This document shows, piece after piece, positions 1-8,976 of a stretch of 20,811 bases of DNA; the first letter of the stretch is position 1, and every line of letters begins with the position of its first letter. This stretch comes from an uncultured bacterium. GTDB lineage: Bacteria > Hydrogenedentota > Hydrogenedentia > Hydrogenedentales > JAEUWI01. The translations under genes and the position numbers were made by a program. The notes under the pieces were generated by a model. That model saw only the letters and a list, made by a program, of their open reading frames with translations. It had not been told where the DNA came from and made no database searches. The DNA lies in contig CAXBPH010000108.1 in the NCBI GenBank assembly GCA_963977445.1, forward strand, positions 1 to 20,811. The letters are read 5' to 3'.

Positions 1-135
1 CCTTCTCCCTCGCCTTCGCCACCTTCTCCCTCGCCTTCGCCACCTTCTCCCTCTCCCTCACCACCTTCTCCCTCTCCCTCACCACCTTCTCCCTCGCCTT
101 CGCCACCTTCTCCCTCGCCTTCACCTTCGCCACCA
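1..135 (-). repeat. Coding tandem repeat, ~6 x 21 bp, encoding (EGEGEGG)n acidic linker
   Basis: Unit CCTTCTCCCTCGCCTTCGCCA and synonymous variants start at 1, 22, 43, 64, 85 and 106. In frame with the giant CDS and continues off the window edge. Confidence 0.9.
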
Positions 136-3100
136 ATCGCTTTGAAAATTGCGGTGACGCCACGGCTCTCCGGTTTTCCTCCGGCATCACCCATCTTGAT
201 AACTATTGAACTGGATGATACAGCATCGACAGTATAGACGGTCCCTTCTTCGGTATCTGTGGTGAGCCAGGCGTCGCCGTCGCCTTGCCAATGCAGAAAG
301 GTATAGCCAGGCTGGGGGTGGGCAGTGACGGTGACAACGTCTGAGCCACTGTAGTAGGCCTTTGCCTCGGATGCCGAGCAATACCCTGCACAGTCCGCGC
401 TTCCGCCGCCTTTCAAGGCGGTGTCGAGCGTCAGTTGGGCAAGGGGAATAAACGTTACCGTCTCCGACACACCAGAGCAGGTGTAAGGAACGACGATGTC
501 TGTTCCTCCTCCGCCCGTACTGAACTCACCTACGGCCCAGCCCCGTTTGGCCACACCGTGCATATAGGCATATCGTTTTTGAGGTGGATTGGGACCATCG
601 CAATTCGAACGCGCCCCGATTGCCGTATTGAGGAAGGGACTATCTTCCCCATATTCTTCCAGCGCTGAACTGAAGGGATACCCGCCCCCTTCGCTAGCCA
701 AGGTGAGGGAAACCCCATCGCCGCCCGCCGCAGTCTGTAAGTTGCCCGCTCCGTATCCCAGCTTGACGGAAATTTGCTTGCTACGAGTCTTGTAGTCACC
801 ACCTCCTGCGGTCCAGCCCCCGTTTTTTGCCAAGTTTGTCAAGGTGACATTTGCGCCTCGGGGGCCCTTTACATATTTGGTTAGCCCATCGGGTGCCTGC
901 ACTACCTCAAGGCCGTCTCCTGATACACCGACTGTATTTGAATACTTGACCGTAAGGGTTACTTCACCTGTCGCAAGGGGTGTGATGCTATGGGAACTCG
1001 CCGTCGGTACGAATGATATGCTTTTTTTCTCACTACCATGGATTAACGTGTCGGGCGCATCCCAGGATTGAAATCGGTAATTTCCTGTCTCTTCCACCGA
1101 TATGGTTATGGTGCGACCACGTTGCACTTCGACAGCCGTGCCGATGGGAATGATTTCTTCGCATGGACCAGTGGCCGTAATGGTCAGTCCCGTAGCGGCA
1201 TTTATCGTTACGTTACTTTTTGAAGCGGTCAATTCATTGTCACAGAGACAGGGTTCTTCTCCTTCACCTTCACCTTCGCCCTCTCCCTCTCCTTCTCCCT
1301 CTCCTTCGCCGCTCTTGGCAATTGACTTACTATAGCTTGGGGTTGTCTGGCCTGGTACGGAGTCGGAGGTGGCGCGGTAGGGGTAGGTCCAGACGCGCAG
1401 AACATTGGGATCCCAATCCGAGAAGTCGGTTTCGGGTGTTTGCTCCCATTCCTGGCGATTGTTCACCCCATCGGCATCCGCATCCTGATCGGCGGAAAGC
1501 CACACACTAGCATTGGCGTTGTAATCATTTGCATCCAACGCAATACTGAAGTTGGCATCAACCACGGCGGCAATATGACGTTTGTGTCCGTAGCTTCCCA
1601 ACGTCATATAGGCGGCGACCGTATTTATGACATGTTCGTTTTCACCGTCTAGATCTACGCGGGCCTGTTGGAGATTTTTCCAAAAACTACGCCAAACAGC
1701 AACATGGGCCACGCCGCCCGTGTCGGACCCATCTAAATGGATCGTCTTGAGGATAGAGTACAGGAGTGCAAATTCCGAAACGTCAGGTATGCCGTTGCCG
1801 GAGAATTGCAGTTCATCGTTATTGTCGGTCCAGACATCTCCGAAATCTACGCCTAGAGCGTATATATCACTAACTTCGCTCAGAGCCCCAGTTTCTACGA
1901 GAAATTCACCCAGGTCCGTAAGTAGATCAAGCGAGCGCAGGGAGGGTCTATAGACGAAACTAGCCGCAATATTGGTGGAATTGCGCACTTCAACATTTTC
2001 AATTACATTTGTGCTGCCGCCGGGAAGGGTCGCCGAATTCCACTGCCAGAAATACCAGTCCCCATCGGGAATTCCTTGCACCGGTATCGACGCGTAGGAG
2101 CATTCCTCACACCCACTGGGGAGCGTACTGTTATCCTGGCACGCGATGAGGCAGTCGATATCGGTAGCCGCGTAGGTGGGTATCTGATAGACACCTGGTG
2201 CCGGGTTTGACGTACCGCCTTCACCGGCTTCAATGGTAATCGTAAGGAAGTCTATGGTGCCTTCGTCCACGAATACAGCCGTGAGGTCTGTATGTTGCCA
2301 TATTCTGAATGCGCTGTCTGCCCTATAGGTTTGATTGATTGCCTCGTCATCACTTAACCACTGCCAGAACTCAGAAATCGAGTCCTCCGGCGACGCGAGC
2401 AATGTGAGATTGTTATCATCAAGAGGCATGGCTACTGCTACTGGGCCACCGGCTTCTGTAACCGTGTAGACCACTTCATCAATCTCGTATTCGATCTCTC
2501 CATCGCCTTCTACTTGGAGGGTAACCAGATAGCCGTCGGTGAAGCTAGCTGTGACTATCTTGGCGCTGTCTAAGGTAATGCTTGTCTCTTCCGCTGCGCT
2601 ATCGGCCACTGTATCACCGGTCCAGCCTGAAAAATAGGTGTAGGGTGTACGTTCTGCGACGATATCAACCACTGAATTGGGCGCGTAGAACGTTTGCACC
2701 CCCTCTTCTGGTGTTGTTGAGCCGTAGCCCGATATGTTTACCGTCAAACTGGGCCATACACGCACAGTCCGGGCAACTTCTTCGGCAGCATTGCTGGCAG
2801 CATCTGACACATTGTAAGTAACGGTATATTCACCGTAGGCTGATGTATTGACCGCGCTACTATCGATGGTTATTGCTGGTAGACTGGGGTCACAGAAATC
2901 GTAGGCAATGGCACCGGATTCGGTATAGGTTGCGTCGATATCAAGATACAAGATCGGCTCACCAATGAGTTCGATAATCGGGAGACTCACATCCGTGCTC
3001 GTTACGGTGACCGTACGGGTGACCTGGGTTGCGGTATTGCCTTCGTGGTCCATCACATCATACGTAATCACATAGGTTCCGGGGCTCGTATAGTCAACAA

Positions 3101-5597
3101 GATCCCCGCCAACGACAACGTCACCGGAAATATCCCCATAGCGGTCATCACTTGCCGTCACGCCGGGGTCGGTAAATACTTCTCCACAATCTATGCTCAT
3201 CGTTGCACTACCAAGTAGTGTGATAGTGGGTGCTGTCGTATCCCCTGCGAGGAATGTGGCGCTTATCGTTCTGTCTCCATACATGACCAAAGAGGCCTGT
3301 GCCGCCAGGTCTCGACTCTCAAAATCGTCGAACTGCCACGAAGTGTCTGCGCCCGTGGACCATTCAAAGTACGTTGTGGTGGTGTGGGTTCCGTTGTCCG
3401 CTTCAAACAGGTACTGGACCGGTCCGTTTTCTGTAGTTCGCCAAAGTGTTGTACGTGGCCCCTGCAGCTGGACTTCTAAGGTATACCAAATCCCGGTTTG
3501 GGATGGGACTGTTGCCGTTGCAAGCGTGGCCTCCGTACCACCTACCAATTCTTTCAAGTCGATTTGGCTGCTACTGATTTCCAACCAGGTATAGTTCGAC
3601 GAGTCCACCCAGCGAAGGATATTCTTAAGTTCTGCGCTCCCAGAAATATGCATGTAGTCGTAGGATACTGCAAAATCATGCTGTAACTGGGCCCGCCTCA
3701 CTGCGGGTGTAACATTTGACTCGGAAATCACAGTGAGAAAGCCTAGTTCATTCTCTTCCCAGGTCCCCGCGAGTATTGACCAACTAGCGTCTAGGATTGT
3801 GTCGTCAAAACCGTCAAAGTCCAAGAGTGCATTGCCCGCTCCGACGAGATCACCGCCCCAACCCCAAAAAATGTAGCCAGCATTGGGTGTTGCCGTTGCT
3901 CGTACCTGCGTACCATAGACGTAATCTTCGTCATGGTTCGAAGCTCCGCTGAGGATTACCTCAGCCGGGTCTGGGGGAAAAAGCGTTACAGCGCCGTTAG
4001 TTGGCCCAGTCACTGTCAGTGTTTGGGGACCTGGATCGGGCACTTCCACCGTCCTGATGATTTGTATTGCTTGATTTTGTTGGCTATCTGCGACATTGTA
4101 AGTCACGAAATAGGAACCTGGAGACGTAGGGTCGACTGTATCTCCTCCAATCACAATACTTCCGCTCAGATCTCCATCGTAGTTATCACTGGCGGTCGCA
4201 CCTGGTTCGGTATAGGTTCCTAAGTAAGCGACACTCATGGGGTTATCACCGATTATCGTAATTATTGGAAGCACGTTGTCGATGACATGCACGTATCGAT
4301 AGACAATCGCTTCATTCGATGTGGAATCTGAAACGGTATAGGTTATTTCATAACTTCCAATTACACCCGTATTGACGGTATCTCCACCCACCACAATATT
4401 TGCCGTCAGGTCCCCGTCGACATCATCCAAAGCGGTAGCTCCGAGTTCTGTGTACGCTTCCTGATAGACCACGTAGATTGTCTGATCACCGATGAGGGTT
4501 ATCACGGGCTTTTTTACATCGACCACGCTCACCGTGCGGGTTACCTGGGTTGCATTGTTGCCGACGGCATCCTGAACGTCGTAGGTCACGATATAATCGC
4601 CAATAGTGTTGTTGTCGACGGTGTCACCACCGACGACGATGTTGGCAGTAATGTCGCCGTCAGGATTGTCTATTGCGGTAGCCCCCTCATCGATATAGAC
4701 GTAAGTGTGGCCGACCAGTTGGGGATTGTCTCCCTGCAAGGTAATGATCGGTGGCGCATTGTCCACAATTACGTTGACCGTTCGGGTGACTTGGACCGCC
4801 CCGTTACTGGCTGTATCGGATACGTCATAGGTGATGACGTAGGTCCCCAGCGTTGCGGTGTTAACGGTGTCTCCGCCAATTACTATGGATGTCGTAAGAT
4901 CACCGTCACACGCGTCGGTCGCCGTAGCGCCGGGCTCCACATAGGTTACTCCTTGAAAAACCGTCATCGGGTCATCGCCCACCAGTGTGATGACCGGATT
5001 GGTGGTGTCTTCGACGATAACTGTTCGGGCTACCTGGGTGGCGTCGTTTTCTGCTTCATCGGTGACGTTATAGGTGATGGTGTAGGTGCCGGGCGTGTCT
5101 TCGTCTACCGTATCGCCGCCCACAATGATATCGGCGGTAATGTCACCATCGTTGTTGTCACTGGCGGTTGCCCCGGCGTCGGTGTAGGTGCTGCCGCATT
5201 CGACGTAGACCGTTGCATCGCCGGTGAGCGTAATGACCGGTGGGGTGTTGTCGGCCACGAAGGTGGCGCAGACACTGCGGTTGGTACTCATGGTCACGGT
5301 GGCCGGGTTGGCACTGCCGGTGACGGCTCCGGTCCAGGCGGAAAATGCATAGCCGGGGTCGGGGTCGGCGGTGAGGGTGACCACGGCTCCCGAGACGTAA
5401 CTTGTGCCGGGGGGCGTGTGGTTGATTACCCCATTGGAGGGGGTACACAGGGTGAGGGTGAAGTAGGTGACGTTCCCACCTGGATTTGCATAGGCCACCG
5501 GGGGAAAATCGCCCCGTAGCCAGAGTAAGCCGAGAGTGCCTGCCGCGAGGAGAAGGGCCGTGAGCGCATAACGTAAGAGTCTCGTTGATTGAATCAT
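1..5597 (-). CDS. Giant secreted/surface modular protein, 3'-partial (>1865 aa): signal peptide, InlB-B/Flg_new-type repeats, 7 DUF5011-type Ig-like repeats, inserted ConA/LamG-like domain, helical domain with DxDxDG motif, poly-GE linkers
   Basis: Translated by hand from ATG 5597 (AGGGAAG SD upstream): MIQSTRLLRYALTALLLAAGTLGLLWL..., repeated 'D..PVITLxGD...Y.E.GATA.D..DGD.T..I..GGDTV....G.Y.ITY.V.D' units and 'A.P.PGY.F..W.G' units. The same frame was spot-checked open at about 4700, 3600, 2000, 1260, 800, 360 and 1-135. No stop found in the window, which explains its absence from the ORF track. Confidence 0.93.
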   Translation of the reverse strand, partial: MIQSTRLLRYALTALLLAAGTLGLLWLRGDFPPVAYANPGGNVTYFTLTLCTPSNGVINHTPPGTSYVSGAVVTLTADPDPGYAFSAWTGAVTGSANPATVTMSTNRSVCATFVADNTPPVITLTGDATVYVECGSTYTDAGATASDNNDGDITADIIVGGDTVDEDTPGTYTITYNVTDEAENDATQVARTVIVEDTTNPVITLVGDDPMTVFQGVTYVEPGATATDACDGDLTTSIVIGGDTVNTATLGTYVITYDVSDTASNGAVQVTRTVNVIVDNAPPIITLQGDNPQLVGHTYVYIDEGATAIDNPDGDITANIVVGGDTVDNNTIGDYIVTYDVQDAVGNNATQVTRTVSVVDVKKPVITLIGDQTIYVVYQEAYTELGATALDDVDGDLTANIVVGGDTVNTGVIGSYEITYTVSDSTSNEAIVYRYVHVIDNVLPIITIIGDNPMSVAYLGTYTEPGATASDNYDGDLSGSIVIGGDTVDPTSPGSYFVTYNVADSQQNQAIQIIRTVEVPDPGPQTLTVTGPTNGAVTLFPPDPAEVILSGASNHDEDYVYGTQVRATATPNAGYIFWGWGGDLVGAGNALLDFDGFDDTILDASWSILAGTWEENELGFLTVISESNVTPAVRRAQLQHDFAVSYDYMHISGSAELKNILRWVDSSNYTWLEISSSQIDLKELVGGTEATLATATVPSQTGIWYTLEVQLQGPRTTLWRTTENGPVQYLFEADNGTHTTTTYFEWSTGADTSWQFDDFESRDLAAQASLVMYGDRTISATFLAGDTTAPTITLLGSATMSIDCGEVFTDPGVTASDDRYGDISGDVVVGGDLVDYTSPGTYVITYDVMDHEGNTATQVTRTVTVTSTDVSLPIIELIGEPILYLDIDATYTESGAIAYDFCDPSLPAITIDSSAVNTSAYGEYTVTYNVSDAASNAAEEVARTVRVWPSLTVNISGYGSTTPEEGVQTFYAPNSVVDIVAERTPYTYFSGWTGDTVADSAAEETSITLDSAKIVTASFTDGYLVTLQVEGDGEIEYEIDEVVYTVTEAGGPVAVAMPLDDNNLTLLASPEDSISEFWQWLSDDEAINQTYRADSAFRIWQHTDLTAVFVDEGTIDFLTITIEAGEGGTSNPAPGVYQIPTYAATDIDCLIACQDNSTLPSGCEECSYASIPVQGIPDGDWYFWQWNSATLPGGSTNVIENVEVRNSTNIAASFVYRPSLRSLDLLTDLGEFLVETGALSEVSDIYALGVDFGDVWTDNNDELQFSGNGIPDVSEFALLYSILKTIHLDGSDTGGVAHVAVWRSFWKNLQQARVDLDGENEHVINTVAAYMTLGSYGHKRHIAAVVDANFSIALDANDYNANASVWLSADQDADADGVNNRQEWEQTPETDFSDWDPNVLRVWTYPYRATSDSVPGQTTPSYSKSIAKSGEGEGEGEGEGEGEGEGEEPCLCDNELTASKSNVTINAATGLTITATGPCEEIIPIGTAVEVQRGRTITISVEETGNYRFQSWDAPDTLIHGSEKKSISFVPTASSHSITPLATGEVTLTVKYSNTVGVSGDGLEVVQAPDGLTKYVKGPRGANVTLTNLAKNGGWTAGGGDYKTRSKQISVKLGYGAGNLQTAAGGDGVSLTLASEGGGYPFSSALEEYGEDSPFLNTAIGARSNCDGPNPPQKRYAYMHGVAKRGWAVGEFSTGGGGTDIVVPYTCSGVSETVTFIPLAQLTLDTALKGGGSADCAGYCSASEAKAYYSGSDVVTVTAHPQPGYTFLHWQGDGDAWLTTDTEEGTVYTVDAVSSSSIVIKMGDAGGKPESRGVTAIFKAIGGEGEGEGEGGEGEGEGGEGEGEGGEGEGEGGEGEGEGGEGEGE
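1257..1310 (-). repeat. Coding hexamer repeat encoding (GE)9 linker
   Basis: Translates as KS-GEGEGEGEGEGEGEGEGE-EP in the giant CDS frame, with mixed synonymous codons. Confidence 0.9.
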
Positions 5598-5615
5598 GAT
5601 GGTAGCTTCCCTGGA

Positions 5616-6854
5616 TTACTTTGCCGCGTTTTCAAGGGGTTTAGTTACAAAAAGCCCGGAAAGGTCGTTTCGACAGGCATCGGCAATCTTACTGCCGGGA
5701 AGTTGGTCGGCTAACTCATCGTAGAGTTCAACGGCTGCTGCGAGATGGCCTGCCTTGGCCATGGCTTCGGCGCAGGACTGGATGCCATAGGCTCGGGTCT
5801 CCCACATGACGCGCTCGGCGGTGGTCTCTCCCACCCCACCATGGAGCACCTTGCGGGCCAAGGCCAGCGCTTCTTCGTGGGCCCCATTTGCGCCTTCGAC
5901 GAGGCTCAGATCGTTGGCCAGGAGGACGCGGGCCTGGAGCACATCGGGGGTATTTTCTTTTCGGGCGGCCAGGGCACGGGCGGCTTCCCGGATGGCGGGG
6001 GCCATTTCGCCGTCCATTTCACTCTTCATAAGCAACAGGGAGAAGTGCCGTTCCTGCCAGTCCGTACCTTTTTCGATACCCTCAACCAGGGGCGCGAGAG
6101 CCGCTGCTCGGGTTGGGGCCTTTTTTGAAGCGAGGGCCTGGGCGCTGGCCTGAAGTCGGGCGCGTACCCGCTGGGACCAGGGCTTGTAGGGTGGCGTTGT
6201 TCCCTTGGTCTCCTGGGCATCGGCCATGACGGCGTCGAGTCCCTGTTTGCGGCTCTTGTCATAGAGCGCCAGATTCAGCGAAATCTGGGTTAATTCCAGA
6301 TTGGGGAATTCGTCTCCCAACATTTGGGCGTATTGATTGGTAAATTCGAGATTGTCATAAAAATAGGGATTGGAAAGGTAAAAGCGGGTGATAATACGAA
6401 CGATATCATTCTCATTCGACGTGAGATAGGTAATCTCCCGCGAAAGTTCCGTTTTTTGCTCATCATTGAGTCCGATGGCAATGTAGACCAGCAATTTGAG
6501 CATCTTGTCGGTCACATAGGTATCGGGGTCAAGTTGGGTAAGCAGAAAATCGTAGGCGTCGGCTTCTTGCATGACATGAAGAAAAAGATAGGACGCCAAT
6601 TGGCCATTGCCATAGGCGGCGTCGGCCAAGCCAGGTCGATTTGCTGGACAATCTCTCAACGACTGGGTCAGTGCGCTCGCCGCTGCAGTGTGATTGCCCT
6701 GCGCAATGAAACCCTCTGCCGTTGTACGTGCGGTGAGCAGGGCTATCAAATCGGGATCATTGTCGGGAATGGATTTTTGCGCCCACGTTGGAGCCCCAAC
6801 TACCACCAGCAGCGCTACCACCAGCAACGTCACCCTTACGCGTGAATACCACAT
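5616..6854 (-). CDS. Secreted, all-helical (TPR/HEAT-like) hypothetical protein, 412 aa
   Basis: Sec signal (MWYSRVRVTLLVVALLVVVGAPTWA|Q) and GGAGA SD. C-terminal TPR-like 'AAAVELYDELADQLPGSKIA'. Its stop lies 18 nt before the giant gene's start, so probably co-transcribed. Confidence 0.85.
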   Translation of the reverse strand: MWYSRVRVTLLVVALLVVVGAPTWAQKSIPDNDPDLIALLTARTTAEGFIAQGNHTAAASALTQSLRDCPANRPGLADAAYGNGQLASYLFLHVMQEADAYDFLLTQLDPDTYVTDKMLKLLVYIAIGLNDEQKTELSREITYLTSNENDIVRIITRFYLSNPYFYDNLEFTNQYAQMLGDEFPNLELTQISLNLALYDKSRKQGLDAVMADAQETKGTTPPYKPWSQRVRARLQASAQALASKKAPTRAAALAPLVEGIEKGTDWQERHFSLLLMKSEMDGEMAPAIREAARALAARKENTPDVLQARVLLANDLSLVEGANGAHEEALALARKVLHGGVGETTAERVMWETRAYGIQSCAEAMAKAGHLAAAVELYDELADQLPGSKIADACRNDLSGLFVTKPLENAAK

Positions 6855-7018
6855 GACCTACATTCTCCATTTTAAAGGAGACGGTCGCGCAAACTTCGTA
6901 TAGTGACGAAAAGAAACGCTGCTGCGCCCCTCACCCCTACACCCTGTTCCCCGTCGACCACACCCCCGCTTCTGTTTGAACTACGATGAGTTCGATACCT
7001 GAACTCTAGTGGACGTCT

Positions 7019-7047
7019 AAAGTAACATGCTTTTCATTTTGTGTCAA
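7019..7047 (-). promoter_or_regulatory. sigma70-type promoter for the 412-aa/giant-protein operon
   Basis: Minus strand TTGACA (7047-7042), 17-nt spacer, TACTTT (7024-7019) with extended TGn, and an AT-rich UP-like tract upstream (7048-7090). Confidence 0.7.
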
Positions 7048-7802
7048 TGTAGTTTAGTGATTTATTTTTATTACTAGTATGGATTATATAAAGAACGGAA
7101 AACCCATACGTTTTTCTTTGTTTTTAGCACTCAAACTCATGCAGAAAATCCCATTATGAGACATGCGGGAGTATTTTACTTTTGGATGAAGCAAGAGAGA
7201 CACTCGAAAAACTCCGTCGATATTTTTCCTTGAAACCCGCGTCACCGAACACCATATTCGGCGAGCACGTACCCGGAAAAACAAAACCTGGATCGCGCTG
7301 AGTCTGTGGCGCATCGCGAGTTGGTGTAGAACTTCCATAGAGACGATGTTTTTTGAACTTTTCAGTAAAATTCGGGATTGTGTTCGTATTCGGAAGTAAT
7401 CTTTCCACGCCATGCAGCGGGTGAAACGTTGTCAGGGAAGCTTCCCAATGTCGTTGTTCGCACCCCTGTTTAGTTTTGAAACAGAAAGGGCCCACCTCTG
7501 GACTACTTGGAAATAGCCCAGCGACCAGGAAAAACGAGCCGGAATCTGAACATAGGGAAGCGATGAGGCCATCCTCACGATACGCTTCCAGCACTTCAAT
7601 TTAAGCGCCTAACCTGACTGTCTAAGAATGCCAAGTATTTTGTCGGCCGTCTTCGATCCCAGTCTATTTGCGATCAACCGGCCCTGGTGCCTGGGATTGA
7701 ATCTAGCGCCCAAAAATACCGTACGATCCGGTTTTTTTGACTGGCGTTTTACCAATCTTCTCCCCATGTGAATCATGTTTTTGATGGGGTTGGTTATCGT
7801 GT

Positions 7803-8954
7803 TTATCCATGGGTAGCAGCCCATGCGGCAGCGGTCTTGTTGTCACGGTGGACATAAACCTGGGTGATATTCAATCCACTATGGCCGAGAATGGCGGAGG
7901 CGGTTTCAAGGTCTGCTGTTGCCTCAATTGTCGTTGCCGCCAGATGACGGAGCTGGTACGGTGTCCATTTCGGGATATCGTGCTGTTTACAGACGCGGGC
8001 AATAGCACGGTTTAATCCGGTGTGGTCATAGTGGTCACCAACCTGCCGTTTCGTTTTTTTGGTTGAAGGCTTCTGGTTGGGCCGACGGTGTGTCTCACAT
8101 TCCGCATGCCGTTCAGCCTCAGCTTCTCGGGGAGAAAACAGATAGTCACTGTCCGGTCGCAGGAGAAAGGGACGCAACACGGCCTGAGCGCGTGGGCCGA
8201 AGAACAACCGGCGTTGTTTACCTTTATCCATGGTTTTGTGCTCACGGATGATGGCTGTCCACACATCTCCTTGGGTATCGATATCGCCCCTACGAAGTTT
8301 CAGAACCTCGGTGGGACGGGCACCCGTCAATAAGAGCAATTTGATGATAGCCTGCAGGGGACTGGGAAGATGGAGCAACGTTGCTTCAACATCTTCCAAC
8401 GGAGCCGCCTGCCGGGGTTGGGGGTCTTTACCCTGTCCTTTCCCACGACGGAGACCGGGGAGGGTTGCAAGTGCCTGATGTGCGGTGACCGGCAGCATTT
8501 CATGAGATGCTGCCCACTTGAACATCCGTTTCACGACACTGGCGTAGCCATTGATGGTGGAAATAGAGATATTCCGGTCTATCCACCGCTTACGAACCGC
8601 CCGGAGGGCATTTGGCCCGAATTGAACAGCGGGCACATCACCATACAAATCAACCACATCCCGGAGTGTAATCCGAATGCGGCCAACTTCTTCTGATGGG
8701 TTCCCAGAACGGTCCACATAGAAGGAGTCAGCATACGTTGAATAGGCATCGGCCACTTCCAGCACCGTGACTTCATCCGCCGGTACGGGAAGGCGATATC
8801 CAGCCGCTATCCACTCGGCTATCAAGCGATGATAGGTCCGTTGGGTTTCGGGCAAGTCATGTTTACCCAGATAGTGGCGTCTGCCTTCGATTTCGACGAA
8901 GGCACGCCCACTGGGCTTGTGGAGACGGAAGGAAGGGATACGTTTTGCTGACAT
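7803..8954 (-). CDS. Phage-type tyrosine recombinase/integrase, 383 aa
   Basis: Catalytic set: R (TGARPTE), K (EHKT), YxxRH (PYQLRH), LGH, Y (TQVY). N-terminus IPSFRLHKPSGRAFV. AAGGAG SD precedes ATG 8954, a better start than 9002. Confidence 0.95.
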   Translation of the reverse strand: MSAKRIPSFRLHKPSGRAFVEIEGRRHYLGKHDLPETQRTYHRLIAEWIAAGYRLPVPADEVTVLEVADAYSTYADSFYVDRSGNPSEEVGRIRITLRDVVDLYGDVPAVQFGPNALRAVRKRWIDRNISISTINGYASVVKRMFKWAASHEMLPVTAHQALATLPGLRRGKGQGKDPQPRQAAPLEDVEATLLHLPSPLQAIIKLLLLTGARPTEVLKLRRGDIDTQGDVWTAIIREHKTMDKGKQRRLFFGPRAQAVLRPFLLRPDSDYLFSPREAEAERHAECETHRRPNQKPSTKKTKRQVGDHYDHTGLNRAIARVCKQHDIPKWTPYQLRHLAATTIEATADLETASAILGHSGLNITQVYVHRDNKTAAAWAATHG

Positions 8955-8976
8955 AGCAACTGCTCCTTGGTAGCCC

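Noticed and set aside
1..135. 21-bp repeats as a CRISPR or non-coding satellite
   Set aside because: No spacers, and the variation is synonymous in the coding frame.
187..5519. Many short ORFs in the track, including the 270-aa + ORF 4707-5519
   Set aside because: Antisense or off-frame shadows of the giant minus-strand CDS.
6988..7006. CAGGTATCGAACTC (minus) resembling the tRNA T-arm as a degenerate att copy
   Set aside because: Imperfect match with no acceptor-stem sequence following. Better explained as a leader hairpin.
7084..7824. ORFs 7084-7413, 7154-7594 and 7609-7824 as real genes
   Set aside because: They overlap each other or the integrase and have no convincing SD or recognisable protein features.
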